A stretch of DNA of 64,000 bases from an uncultured Hyphomicrobiales bacterium. Its GTDB lineage: Bacteria; Pseudomonadota; Alphaproteobacteria; Reyranellales; JAQSWP01. Positions 47,083 to 54,749 of the stretch are shown here, one piece after another (position 1 is the stretch's first letter; the number at the start of each line of letters is the position of its first letter). The stretch lies in assembly GCA_964458605.1 (NCBI GenBank), contig CAYWLS010000018.1:2886-66885 (forward strand), written 5' to 3'. Both the position numbers and the translations under genes were made by a program. Under the pieces are notes generated by a model. The model had not been told where the DNA came from. It searched no databases and worked only from the letters and a program-made list of their open reading frames with translations.

Positions 47083-47841
47083 TCAGATGGCGGCGGTGCC
47101 GCCGTCGATCAGGAATTCCGCGCCGGTGACGAACTTCGATTCGTCGGAGATCAGGTAGAGCGCGGCATAGCCGATGTCGCGCGGCTCGCCGAACACGCGC
47201 AACGGAATGGCCTTGAGATATTTCTCGCGATGCTTGTCGTCGCGGAACATGCTCTCGCCCATCGGCGTGATGATCACGCCCGGATGGATCGAGTTGCAGC
47301 GGATCCTGTAGCCGCGCAGCGCGCAGTGCATCGCCACCGATTTGGTCAGCTGGCGCACGCCCGCCTTGCCGGCGCCGTAGGCCACCAGCTGCGGCGTGCC
47401 CTGCATGGCGGCCAGCGAGGAGATGTTGACGATCGAGCCGCCGCCCGACTGGCGCATCGCCGCCACCGCATGCTTGCAGCCCAGGAAAACCCCTTCCAGG
47501 TTGATGCCGTTGATCTTGCGCCAGGTCTCCAGCGTCTCGTGCTCGAGATCGGCCGCCGGCACCGGGCCGCTGACGCCGGCGTTGTTGACCAGCCCGTCGA
47601 GCCGGCCGAAGCGCTTCAGCACGTCGGCGACGACCGCCTGCCATTGGGATTCCTGCGACACGTCGTGCGGCACGAAGCCGTGCGCCCCGCCCAGCGACGC
47701 GGCCAGCGCCTCGCCCTCCTTGCGGTTGACGTCGGTGGCGACCACCGTGGCGCCCTCGCCGGCCAGCAATTCGGCCGTGGCGCGGCCGATGCCCGACGCC
47801 GCGCCGGTGACGATCACGATCTTGCCGCTGACACGCGCCAT
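47083..47841 (-). CDS. SDR family oxidoreductase (hydroxysteroid dehydrogenase-like)
   Basis: ATG 47841 (252 aa). VTGAASGIGRA, NNAG and YGAGKAGV motifs. Confidence 0.85.
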   Translation of the reverse strand: MARVSGKIVIVTGAASGIGRATAELLAGEGATVVATDVNRKEGEALAASLGGAHGFVPHDVSQESQWQAVVADVLKRFGRLDGLVNNAGVSGPVPAADLEHETLETWRKINGINLEGVFLGCKHAVAAMRQSGGGSIVNISSLAAMQGTPQLVAYGAGKAGVRQLTKSVAMHCALRGYRIRCNSIHPGVIITPMGESMFRDDKHREKYLKAIPLRVFGEPRDIGYAALYLISDESKFVTGAEFLIDGGTAAI

Positions 47842-48005
47842 TGTGCTGCCGCCCTCCGCCCCCGGCCCGCCCGGCCACTCAGCCAATCCGGCCGGCCCGG
47901 CCGGCCCCGGGGAAAGAAATGAACCATGGTTCATCCCATTGTGGCCGGACCGGCGTGCCGCGGGCAAGAGATTTGTGAACCCTTCGACAGGCTACGGGCC
48001 GACCA

Positions 48006-48106
48006 TAGAGCGGATCGATGGCGGAGGATCGATGGGGGAGGATCGATGGGGGATCGACCGGGGAGGACCGGTGCGCTGCGGCGCTTCGGTCCGCTCCCGA
48101 TCCGCC
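48006..48106. repeat. degenerate unit A of the palindromic family with internally expanded 14-bp tandem repeat (copy 6)
   Basis: Head TAGAGCGGATCGATGG, interior GGAGGATCGATGGG x2 plus partial copies, tail CCGATCCGCCCTA. Abuts the stop of ORF 48107..48493. Confidence 0.5.
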
Positions 48107-48493
48107 CTAAACAACCTTGCGATTGAGCCGGTAGACGTAGGCGTCGCCGACATGGACGCCGTTGATGGTGTTGTTGGTCATGCGGATGGCGGAGATGCCC
48201 GGACCGGTCTGGATCAGGGCCTGCAGGCTGCGCACCGGTTCCGCATCCGGCGCGTAGAGCCGCAAATTGGCGCGATCGACGGCGAAGCCGGCCGGCATCA
48301 GCGCCAGCACCGCGGCGATCCTGACCGGCATGTCCCGATCGGGCGCGACCAGCGGCGACGCCAGCAGATAGTGCCACTGCCGCTGCGTGTCCGACCACAG
48401 CCACAACGCAGCCGACGACGTCACGCCAGCCTCGTCCAGCGCCTGGATGAAGCGTCGACCGTCGGCGATCAGCCTGTCGCTCAGTTCGGCCAT
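48107..48493 (-). CDS. hypothetical protein (128 aa, no recognised domain)
   Basis: Single long ORF with GC3-rich codons. No signal peptide or TM segment. Divergent from the OmpA-like gene. Confidence 0.55.
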   Translation of the reverse strand: MAELSDRLIADGRRFIQALDEAGVTSSAALWLWSDTQRQWHYLLASPLVAPDRDMPVRIAAVLALMPAGFAVDRANLRLYAPDAEPVRSLQALIQTGPGISAIRMTNNTINGVHVGDAYVYRLNRKVV

Positions 48494-48586
48494 GGAACCG
48501 ATTTTACCGCGTTTCGTTCACTATGGCACAATCCGCCCGCGCCGGCGACCGCTCGACTGCCGGCGTCTCGTTTCAAGAGGTCGCGC

Positions 48587-49057
48587 ATGCATCGTTTCCG
48601 TTTCGCCGCAGCCGCCGCGCTGCTGGCGTTGCCGTTCGCCTTCGCCTCCAGCGCCATGGCCCAGGGCCAGGGCGGCCCGACGGAGGGACCGTGCTCCAGC
48701 GTGCAGGCCCCCAACACCAACTATCCCGGCCCATTCCAGGTCTATTTCGATCTCGGCAAGTCGGCGATCAGGGCCAGCGAAAAAGCCAACATCCAGAAGA
48801 TCGCGCAGGCGATCAAGGACAACCAGATCACCCGCGTCTGCCTGGCCGGCACCGCCGACAAGCTGGGCAACGCCGCCGCCAACAAGAAGCTGTCGCTCGA
48901 TCGCGCCCGCGCGGTGGCGCAGGCGCTGATGGCGCAGGGCATTCCCGGCAAGGCGCTGATCTACAACGCCACCGGCGAGGCCTATGGCGGCGTCTCCTTC
49001 GGCAGCGCCGACGCGCAGCAGAAGGATCGCCGGGTCATCGTCATCCTGGCGAAGTAA
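48587..49057 (+). CDS. small OmpA-family (OmpA_C-like) periplasmic protein
   Basis: ATG 48587 (156 aa). Signal ...SSAMA. YFDLGKSAI...AGTADKLGNAAANKKLSLDRARAV...DRRVIV is the OmpA C-terminal peptidoglycan-binding pattern. Confidence 0.8.
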   Translation: MHRFRFAAAAALLALPFAFASSAMAQGQGGPTEGPCSSVQAPNTNYPGPFQVYFDLGKSAIRASEKANIQKIAQAIKDNQITRVCLAGTADKLGNAAANKKLSLDRARAVAQALMAQGIPGKALIYNATGEAYGGVSFGSADAQQKDRRVIVILAK

Positions 49058-49098
49058 TCGCTCCTCGCCCCGACCCATCGTTCGTCATCGCCGACGCA

Positions 49099-49155
49099 GC
49101 GAAGCATCCCGTCTGCACGGTAACGCTCTTGCGTTGCCGGGGCGGGATGCTTCGC
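49099..49155. repeat. compound hairpin between convergent genes (second REP-like class / bidirectional terminator)
   Basis: 13-bp outer stem GCGAAGCATCCCG/CGGGATGCTTCGC encloses inner stem GGTAACGC/GCGTTGCC. No T-run follows. Confidence 0.5.
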
Positions 49156-49173
49156 CGGCGCCCGGCACGACGC

Positions 49174-50703
49174 TCATATCCGCCGGCCGGCCTTCTCCCA
49201 ATAGGGGTCGCGCAGTTTGCGCTTGAAGATCTTGCCGGAATCCTCACGCGGCAGGTCGCGGCCGAATTCCACCAGCTTGGGCACCTTGTAGCCCGCCATG
49301 CGCTGGCGCAGATAGTCGCGCACCTCCTGCGTCGTCAGCAGCGTTCCGGGCCTCGGTTCGACCACCGCGGCGATGGCTTCGCCGTACTCGTCGTCGGGAA
49401 CGCCGAACACCGCGCAATCCTGCACGCCGGGCATGGTGTGCAGCACCGCTTCGATCTCGGCCGGATAGATGTTGACGCCGCCGGAGATGATCATGTCCTT
49501 GGAGCGGTCGCACAGGAACAGGAAGCCGCCGTCGTTGAGGTAGCCGACATCGCCCGCGGTGATCAGCTCGCCGCGGCCGATCTCGCGCCGCTTGGCGTCC
49601 ATGTTGTTGTAGGTGAAGTCGGGAAAGTTGCGGTTGCGCATATAGACCTCGCCGATCGCGCCCGGCGGCAGGTCGTTGCCGGCGGCATCGACGATCCTGA
49701 TCTCGCAATTGTCGTGCGCCTTGCCCACGGTTCCGGCGTTGTCGAGCCACTGGCGGCTGTCGCAATGCACCACCGCGCCCGACTCGGTGGCACCGTAATA
49801 TTCGTGGATCACCGGCCCCCACCAATCGATCATCGCCTTCTTGACCTCCGGCGGACAGGGCGCGGCGGCATGCACCACATGCTGCAGCGAGGAGACGTCG
49901 TATTTGCGCTTCACCGTCTCGGGCAGCTTGAGCAGGCGCACGAACATGATCGGCACCATGTGCAGGCCTTCGATCCGGTAGCGCTCGATCCACTGCAGCA
50001 GCTGTTCGGCATCGAAGCGCGGCTGCAGCCATAGCTGCGCCCCCAGCCGCAATCCGTTCAGCGCGTAGAAATTGGGCGCCGAGTGATACATCGGCCCGGT
50101 GACGACGGCGCGCAGCTCCGGCCGCAGGCCGAAGATCGCCATGGTCTGGCGCGTCACCGCCTCGAGCTGCTGCGCATTCATGGCCTGGCGCCGCACGCCT
50201 TTGGGCCGGCCCGTCGTGCCGGACGTGTAGATCATGGTGTTGGGCGGCTGCTTGGGCGGCTCGCGCCACGGCGAGTGGCGGGCCACCCATTCGTCCCAGC
50301 CCGTGGCGCCTGGCGGCAGCGCGGCCTGCGCCGCGCCCACGCCATAGGCGGCAGCGATCTCCGGCGGCGTCGGCACCACGAGAACCTCGACGCCCGACGG
50401 GATGTCGCGCTCGATCTGCGGCAGCAGATCGGCATGCACCACGACCGCCTTGGCGGCGCAATCGCGCACGATGTAGCCCGCTTCCTCGCCGGTGAGATGC
50501 CAGTTGATCGGCACCGCGTAGCCGCCCAGCAGCGCCGAGGCAAACGAGGCCTCGAAGAAGGCGAAGTCGTTGCGCAGCATCAGCGCCACCGCGTCGCCCA
50601 TGCCGAAGCCCAGCGCGCGCAGCCCGCTGGCCGCGCGCGCCGCCCGTTCGACGATCTCGCCCTGGTTGCGGCTGCGCTCGCCGCTGCACACCTGGCCCGC
50701 CAT
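49174..50703 (-). CDS. AMP-binding acyl-CoA synthetase (fatty-acid-CoA ligase family)
   Basis: 509 aa. MIYTSGTTGRPKGV AMP motif, GDVGYLNDGGFLFLCDRSKD, KVPK near the C-terminus. GGAGG SD. Confidence 0.85.
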   Translation of the reverse strand: MAGQVCSGERSRNQGEIVERAARAASGLRALGFGMGDAVALMLRNDFAFFEASFASALLGGYAVPINWHLTGEEAGYIVRDCAAKAVVVHADLLPQIERDIPSGVEVLVVPTPPEIAAAYGVGAAQAALPPGATGWDEWVARHSPWREPPKQPPNTMIYTSGTTGRPKGVRRQAMNAQQLEAVTRQTMAIFGLRPELRAVVTGPMYHSAPNFYALNGLRLGAQLWLQPRFDAEQLLQWIERYRIEGLHMVPIMFVRLLKLPETVKRKYDVSSLQHVVHAAAPCPPEVKKAMIDWWGPVIHEYYGATESGAVVHCDSRQWLDNAGTVGKAHDNCEIRIVDAAGNDLPPGAIGEVYMRNRNFPDFTYNNMDAKRREIGRGELITAGDVGYLNDGGFLFLCDRSKDMIISGGVNIYPAEIEAVLHTMPGVQDCAVFGVPDDEYGEAIAAVVEPRPGTLLTTQEVRDYLRQRMAGYKVPKLVEFGRDLPREDSGKIFKRKLRDPYWEKAGRRI

Positions 50704-50719
50704 GGCTCCTCCCGACTTT

Positions 50720-50759
50720 TTTATGAATACTCGTTCAGCTTTATGAATACTCGTTCAGC
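50720..50759 (-). promoter_or_regulatory. perfect 20-bp tandem duplication TTTATGAATACTCGTTCAGC in the acyl-CoA synthetase promoter/leader
   Basis: Units at 50720-50739 and 50740-50759, 17-56 nt upstream of ATG 50703. AT-rich. Each unit contains TGAA-N6-TTCA. Confidence 0.5.
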
Positions 50760-50817
50760 CGATTATAGGAAGCGGCCGCGGCCAGGCGAGGCCAAAGCGG
50801 TGGACGGAAACGGCCGG

Positions 50818-50834
50818 ACGTTATATTGTAACGT
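50818..50834 (+). promoter_or_regulatory. Zur-box-like palindrome ACGTTATATTGTAACGT
   Basis: Core CGTTATATTGTAACG resembles the TGTTATAWTATAACA Zur consensus as I recall it, in the context GGACGTTATATTGTAACGTTTCC. Lies about 20 nt upstream of the small ORF / metal ABC operon. Confidence 0.5.
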
Positions 50835-50855
50835 TTCCAGCTATCGGTGAGGCTT

Positions 50856-51011
50856 ATGCCGCAGGATCTCCTGCCGTCGATCGATCATGCGCCTGCCGGC
50901 GCGGGGCAACGCCCCAGCGCCTTTGCCGCCAGCGCGGGCACCCGGATGGCCCTGGCTGCCCTGGCCATCGTCGCGCTGTGGCTGACCGTCCTGTGGGCGC
51001 TGGCGGCCTAG
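50856..51011 (+). CDS. candidate 51-aa single-TM protein upstream of the metal ABC ATPase (below the ORF-track length cutoff)
   Basis: ATG 50856 (GGTGAGG upstream), MPQDLLPSIDHAPAGAGQRPSAFAASAGTRMALAALAIVALWLTVLWALAA. Nearly all codons are GC3. Stop TAG lies 2 nt before ATG 51014. Confidence 0.4.
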   Translation: MPQDLLPSIDHAPAGAGQRPSAFAASAGTRMALAALAIVALWLTVLWALAA

Positions 51012-51013
51012 CC

Positions 51014-51829
51014 ATGGCCCGGTTCGTGCCGCCCGGGGACATCGTGTTGCGCGACCTGGTGATCGCCTATGAGCGCCACCCGGCCGTGCATCATCTGAGC
51101 GGGCGTTTCGCCGCCGGCAGCCTGACCGCCCTGGTCGGACCCAACGGCGCCGGCAAGTCGACCCTGCTCAAGGCCATTGCCGGCATCCAGCCCTGCAGCG
51201 GCGGAACGCTCGACCTCGACGGGATCGCGCGACGCGACATCGCCTTTCTGCCGCAGAACGCCGATATCGACCGCTCCCTGCCCGTCAACGTGCTCGATCT
51301 TGTCAGCATGGGCTTCATGAGCCGTGTCGGCATCTTCGGCGGTATCGGTGCCGCGTTGCGCCAGCGTGCGCAGCAGGCCATGGCGCTGGTCGGGCTGGAA
51401 GGCTTCGAACGCCGCCCGATCGACACCCTGTCGGGCGGCCAGTTCCAGCGTGCGCTGTTTGCCCGCGTGCTGGTGCAGGAGGCGCGGCTGATCCTGCTCG
51501 ACGAACCTTTCGCCGCCATCGACGCTTCCACCACGCGCGACCTGGTGGCGCTGATCGGGCGCTGGCACGGCGAAGGCCGCACGGTGATCACCGTGTCGCA
51601 CGACCTCGGCCTGGTGCGGCAGAATTTTCCGCGGACCTTGCTGCTGGCGCGCGAGGCGGTGGCATGGGGCCCGACCGAAGCGGTGCTGACGCCCGAACTT
51701 CTGGCGCGCGCGCGCCAGCGTTCGGAGGCCTGGGACGAGAGCGCCGCCGCTTGCGAGTTGTCCGACCGCCATCAGGCGGCGGTCGCCGCGACGGACTCTT
51801 CCGACCCGCATCATCGCCATCCGCACTGA
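51014..51829 (+). CDS. metal (probably zinc) ABC transporter ATP-binding protein, ZnuC/AztA type
   Basis: ATG 51014 (alternative GTG 50978). GPNGAGKSTL, LSGGQFQR, ILLDEP. His-rich C-terminal tail SDPHHRHPH. Confidence 0.85.
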   Translation: MARFVPPGDIVLRDLVIAYERHPAVHHLSGRFAAGSLTALVGPNGAGKSTLLKAIAGIQPCSGGTLDLDGIARRDIAFLPQNADIDRSLPVNVLDLVSMGFMSRVGIFGGIGAALRQRAQQAMALVGLEGFERRPIDTLSGGQFQRALFARVLVQEARLILLDEPFAAIDASTTRDLVALIGRWHGEGRTVITVSHDLGLVRQNFPRTLLLAREAVAWGPTEAVLTPELLARARQRSEAWDESAAACELSDRHQAAVAATDSSDPHHRHPH

Positions 51830-51832
51830 GCT

Positions 51833-52705
51833 GTGCTGTACGATCTGTTCCTGGCGCCGTTCGGCTCCGATCTGCCCTTCATGCGCCGTGCCCTGGTGGC
51901 GGGACTGGCCCTGGCGCTGTCCTATGGCCCGATCGGCGTGTTCCTGGTGTTGCGGCGCATGACCTTGGTGACCGACGCCATGGCCCATGCCGTGCTGCCC
52001 GGCGTGGCGGCAGGCTTCCTGCTGTCGGGCCTGTCGCTGTGGGCGATGAGCCTGGGCGGGCTGGCTGCCGGTGTGGCGGTGGCGTTGCTGGCGGGCGCCG
52101 TCAGCCGCACCACCAAGCTGCGCGAGGATGCCAGCTTCGCCGGCTTCTATCTCATGGCCCTGGCCGCGGGCGTCATGCTGCTGTCGGTGCGCGGCTCCAA
52201 TATCGATCTGGTGCATATCCTGTTCGGCAGCATCCTGGCGGTCGACGACGGCGCGCTCTATCTGATGGCCGGCACCGCCAGCCTGACCCTGCTGGCCATG
52301 GCGGCGATCTACCGGCCGCTGCTGATCGACTGCCTCGATCCGGGATTTCTGCAGGCGCTGGGCGGTCGGGGCGCGCTATGGCACGCACTGTTCCTGATGC
52401 TGCTGGCGATCAATACCGTGGCGGGCTTCCAGGCGCTCGGCACGCTGATGGCGGTGGGATTGATGGTGCTGCCCGCGGTGGCGGGCCGGTTCTGGGTGCG
52501 TTCGGTCGCCGCGCTATGGGTTGCCGCTTCGACCATCGCTGCGCTCAGCAGCTATCTCGGCCTGCTGCTGTCGTTCCAGGCCGACCTGCCTTCGGGGCCG
52601 TCGATCGTGCTGGTCGCGGGCGCGATCTGGTTCGCCTCGATGTTGCTCGGGCGATTCGACAGTCTGCGGGCGCGGCTGTGGCGGCGGCGCCATCTCGCCG
52701 GCTGA
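51833..52705 (+). CDS. metal ABC transporter permease, ZnuB/AztB type
   Basis: 290 aa, GTG start. 8-9 TM segments. GVFLVLRRMTLVTDAMAHAVLPG motif of ABC-3 permeases. Confidence 0.85.
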   Translation: MLYDLFLAPFGSDLPFMRRALVAGLALALSYGPIGVFLVLRRMTLVTDAMAHAVLPGVAAGFLLSGLSLWAMSLGGLAAGVAVALLAGAVSRTTKLREDASFAGFYLMALAAGVMLLSVRGSNIDLVHILFGSILAVDDGALYLMAGTASLTLLAMAAIYRPLLIDCLDPGFLQALGGRGALWHALFLMLLAINTVAGFQALGTLMAVGLMVLPAVAGRFWVRSVAALWVAASTIAALSSYLGLLLSFQADLPSGPSIVLVAGAIWFASMLLGRFDSLRARLWRRRHLAG

Positions 52706-52744
52706 AGACGGGTCACGATTATTGGTGCAGTGCGAAGGCGCCGT

Positions 52745-52975
52745 CTATTCGGCGGCGTCGCTCTCGTGGCGCGGGCCGACATCGCGGGTGAGCTTGTAGC
52801 GCCCCGGATCCAGCACCACCGAGCAGGCCACCAGCCGCTGGTCGCGGTTGCTGTCCATGGAGATCAGCCGGGCATGCGGTATGCCGGCCTGGTCGACCAG
52901 CTTGGCCACTTCCCAGGAAATCGGCGCTTTGCCGACCGACTGATACAACTGGCCGATTTCGACGCTCTTTTTCAT
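52745..52975 (-). CDS. hypothetical small protein (76 aa)
   Basis: ORF 52745..53023 trimmed to ATG 52975 (MKKSVEIGQLYQSVGKAPISWEVAKL...). No recognisable motif. Confidence 0.4.
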   Translation of the reverse strand: MKKSVEIGQLYQSVGKAPISWEVAKLVDQAGIPHARLISMDSNRDQRLVACSVVLDPGRYKLTRDVGPRHESDAAE

Positions 52976-53168
52976 CGCTCGATTCCGACTACGCTGGTGA
53001 CGTGCATTGCTGTTTCTTAGCACAATCCGGGGGGTCGTTGGCGAGGCCGCGCATGGATGCAGACCTGCGAAAACGCGATTGTTTGAGAACGCGTCGCGGT
53101 CTAGCCTCCCCTCCTCACCATGGGCCGTGCAGCCCCATCAATGTAAACCGTCAATCTTGGAGGAACCC

Positions 53169-54158
53169 ATGCGTAAAATTGCCCTTGCCGCGCTGCTGGC
53201 GGCGGCCGTCGCCTTGCCGAGCGGCGCCTTCGCGCAGGCCAAGTACACGATGCGCATCAGCCACCAGTTGCCGCCGTCGCATCATATCGCGCAGCTGACC
53301 CAGGCCTTCGCCGACGACGTCAAGAAGCGCACCAACGGCGAGGTCGACGTCCAGATCTTCGCCGCATCCAAAGCCTTCAAGCCGAGCGAGAACTACCCGG
53401 CCGTTGCCAAGGGCGATATCGAGGGCGCGCTGGCAGTGAATTTCGAATGGGGCAACACCATTCCCGAAATGAGCGTCACCTCGATCCCCTATTTCTTCAC
53501 CGATCTCGACAAGATCAAGAAGTTCCCCGGCTCGGAAGCCAACAAGCTGCTGGACGCCAAACTCGAGGCCAAGGGCGTGCACAACCTGGCGTGGTTCTTC
53601 ACCACCCGCGTCTCGATCTTCACCTCGAACAAGAAGCCGATCATCGCCACGGCCGACTTCCAGGGCCTCAAAGTGCGCGGCCTCAACAAGCTGGTCGACA
53701 ACGCCCTGGTGGCGGTGGGCGCGGCGCCGTCGGCCCTGCCCGGCGACGAAGTCTATAACGGCCTGCAGACCGGCGTGCTCGATGCCGGCCTGACCGACAT
53801 CTCCGCCGCCTACAGCCGCAAGTACTACGAGATCCAGAAATACGGCACGGTGACGCCGTTCTTCACCGTCTATTTCCACCTCTACGTCAACCCGAAATGG
53901 TGGAACAGCCTGCCGCAGAAGGATCGCGACGCCATTTCCGCCGCGGCCCAGAAGGCCGAAGCCGATTCCATCCCGCTGACCGAGAAGACCGCCGCCGACG
54001 CGGTCGATCAGCTCAAGGCCAAGGGCATGGAACTGCACATGCAGACCGCCGACGAGACCAAGGACTGGAAAGCCAAGATGCAGCCGCCGGTGCTCGACGC
54101 CTTCAAGAAGGCGGCGCCGGACGCGCAGAAGATCATCGACGCGATCGACAAGCTCTAG
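53169..54158 (+). CDS. dctP: TRAP transporter substrate-binding protein
   Basis: ATG 53169 (GGAGGA upstream), 329 aa. Signal ...GAFAQA. DctP-family pattern (MRISHQLPPSHH..., KVRG...). Confidence 0.9.
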   Translation: MRKIALAALLAAAVALPSGAFAQAKYTMRISHQLPPSHHIAQLTQAFADDVKKRTNGEVDVQIFAASKAFKPSENYPAVAKGDIEGALAVNFEWGNTIPEMSVTSIPYFFTDLDKIKKFPGSEANKLLDAKLEAKGVHNLAWFFTTRVSIFTSNKKPIIATADFQGLKVRGLNKLVDNALVAVGAAPSALPGDEVYNGLQTGVLDAGLTDISAAYSRKYYEIQKYGTVTPFFTVYFHLYVNPKWWNSLPQKDRDAISAAAQKAEADSIPLTEKTAADAVDQLKAKGMELHMQTADETKDWKAKMQPPVLDAFKKAAPDAQKIIDAIDKL

Positions 54159-54176
54159 CCGTCGCCGCTCCATCGC

Positions 54177-54746
54177 ATGTCTGATCGCACCGAATCCGGG
54201 GGCGCGCGCATCGCGCGCGCCCTCGACCGCGGCGCGGCCTGGGTCAGCGAGGCCGCCGCCTGGCTCGCCACCATCGCCATGCTGGCTTCGCTGGGGCTGG
54301 TGGTGTTCGGCATCTGCGCCCGCTACTTCGCGGGGCGGCCGCAAAGCTGGGGCGACGAACTGGTCGGCTACCTGCTGGTGGCGATCGTCATGTTCGCCGC
54401 CACCGACGCGCTGCGCCAGAACGAGCACATCGCCATCGACATCCTGACCAGCAAGCTGAAGCCGGCCGGCCAGCGCATCGTCGCCCTGTTCGGGCTGGTG
54501 GCGGTGGCCCTGTTCGCGCTGCTGCTGATCTTCAAGGGCTGGGAAATGGCCGCCTTCTCCAAGATGGTCGGGCTGGCCTCCAACCAGGAACTGGGCGCGC
54601 CGCTGTGGATCGTGCAGGCGCTGGTGCCGCTGGGCGGCGTGCTGCTGCTGCTGTCGGCCTTCACCTTGTTCCTGCGCGTACTGGTGGGCGACCAGGTGTT
54701 CGAGGCGCCGGGCGAAGTCGGCGCCGTGCAGCGGGGATTGGACTAG
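54177..54746 (+). CDS. dctQ: TRAP transporter small permease
   Basis: 189 aa, 4 TM segments. WGDELVGYLLV motif region typical of DctQ. Confidence 0.85.
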   Translation: MSDRTESGGARIARALDRGAAWVSEAAAWLATIAMLASLGLVVFGICARYFAGRPQSWGDELVGYLLVAIVMFAATDALRQNEHIAIDILTSKLKPAGQRIVALFGLVAVALFALLLIFKGWEMAAFSKMVGLASNQELGAPLWIVQALVPLGGVLLLLSAFTLFLRVLVGDQVFEAPGEVGAVQRGLD

Positions 54747-54749
54747 GCG

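Noticed and set aside
50854-51042. 62-aa minus-strand ORF in the region upstream of the metal ABC operon.
   Set aside because: It is Arg/Pro/Gly-rich junk, antisense to the better-supported 51-codon plus-strand ORF and the ATPase start.
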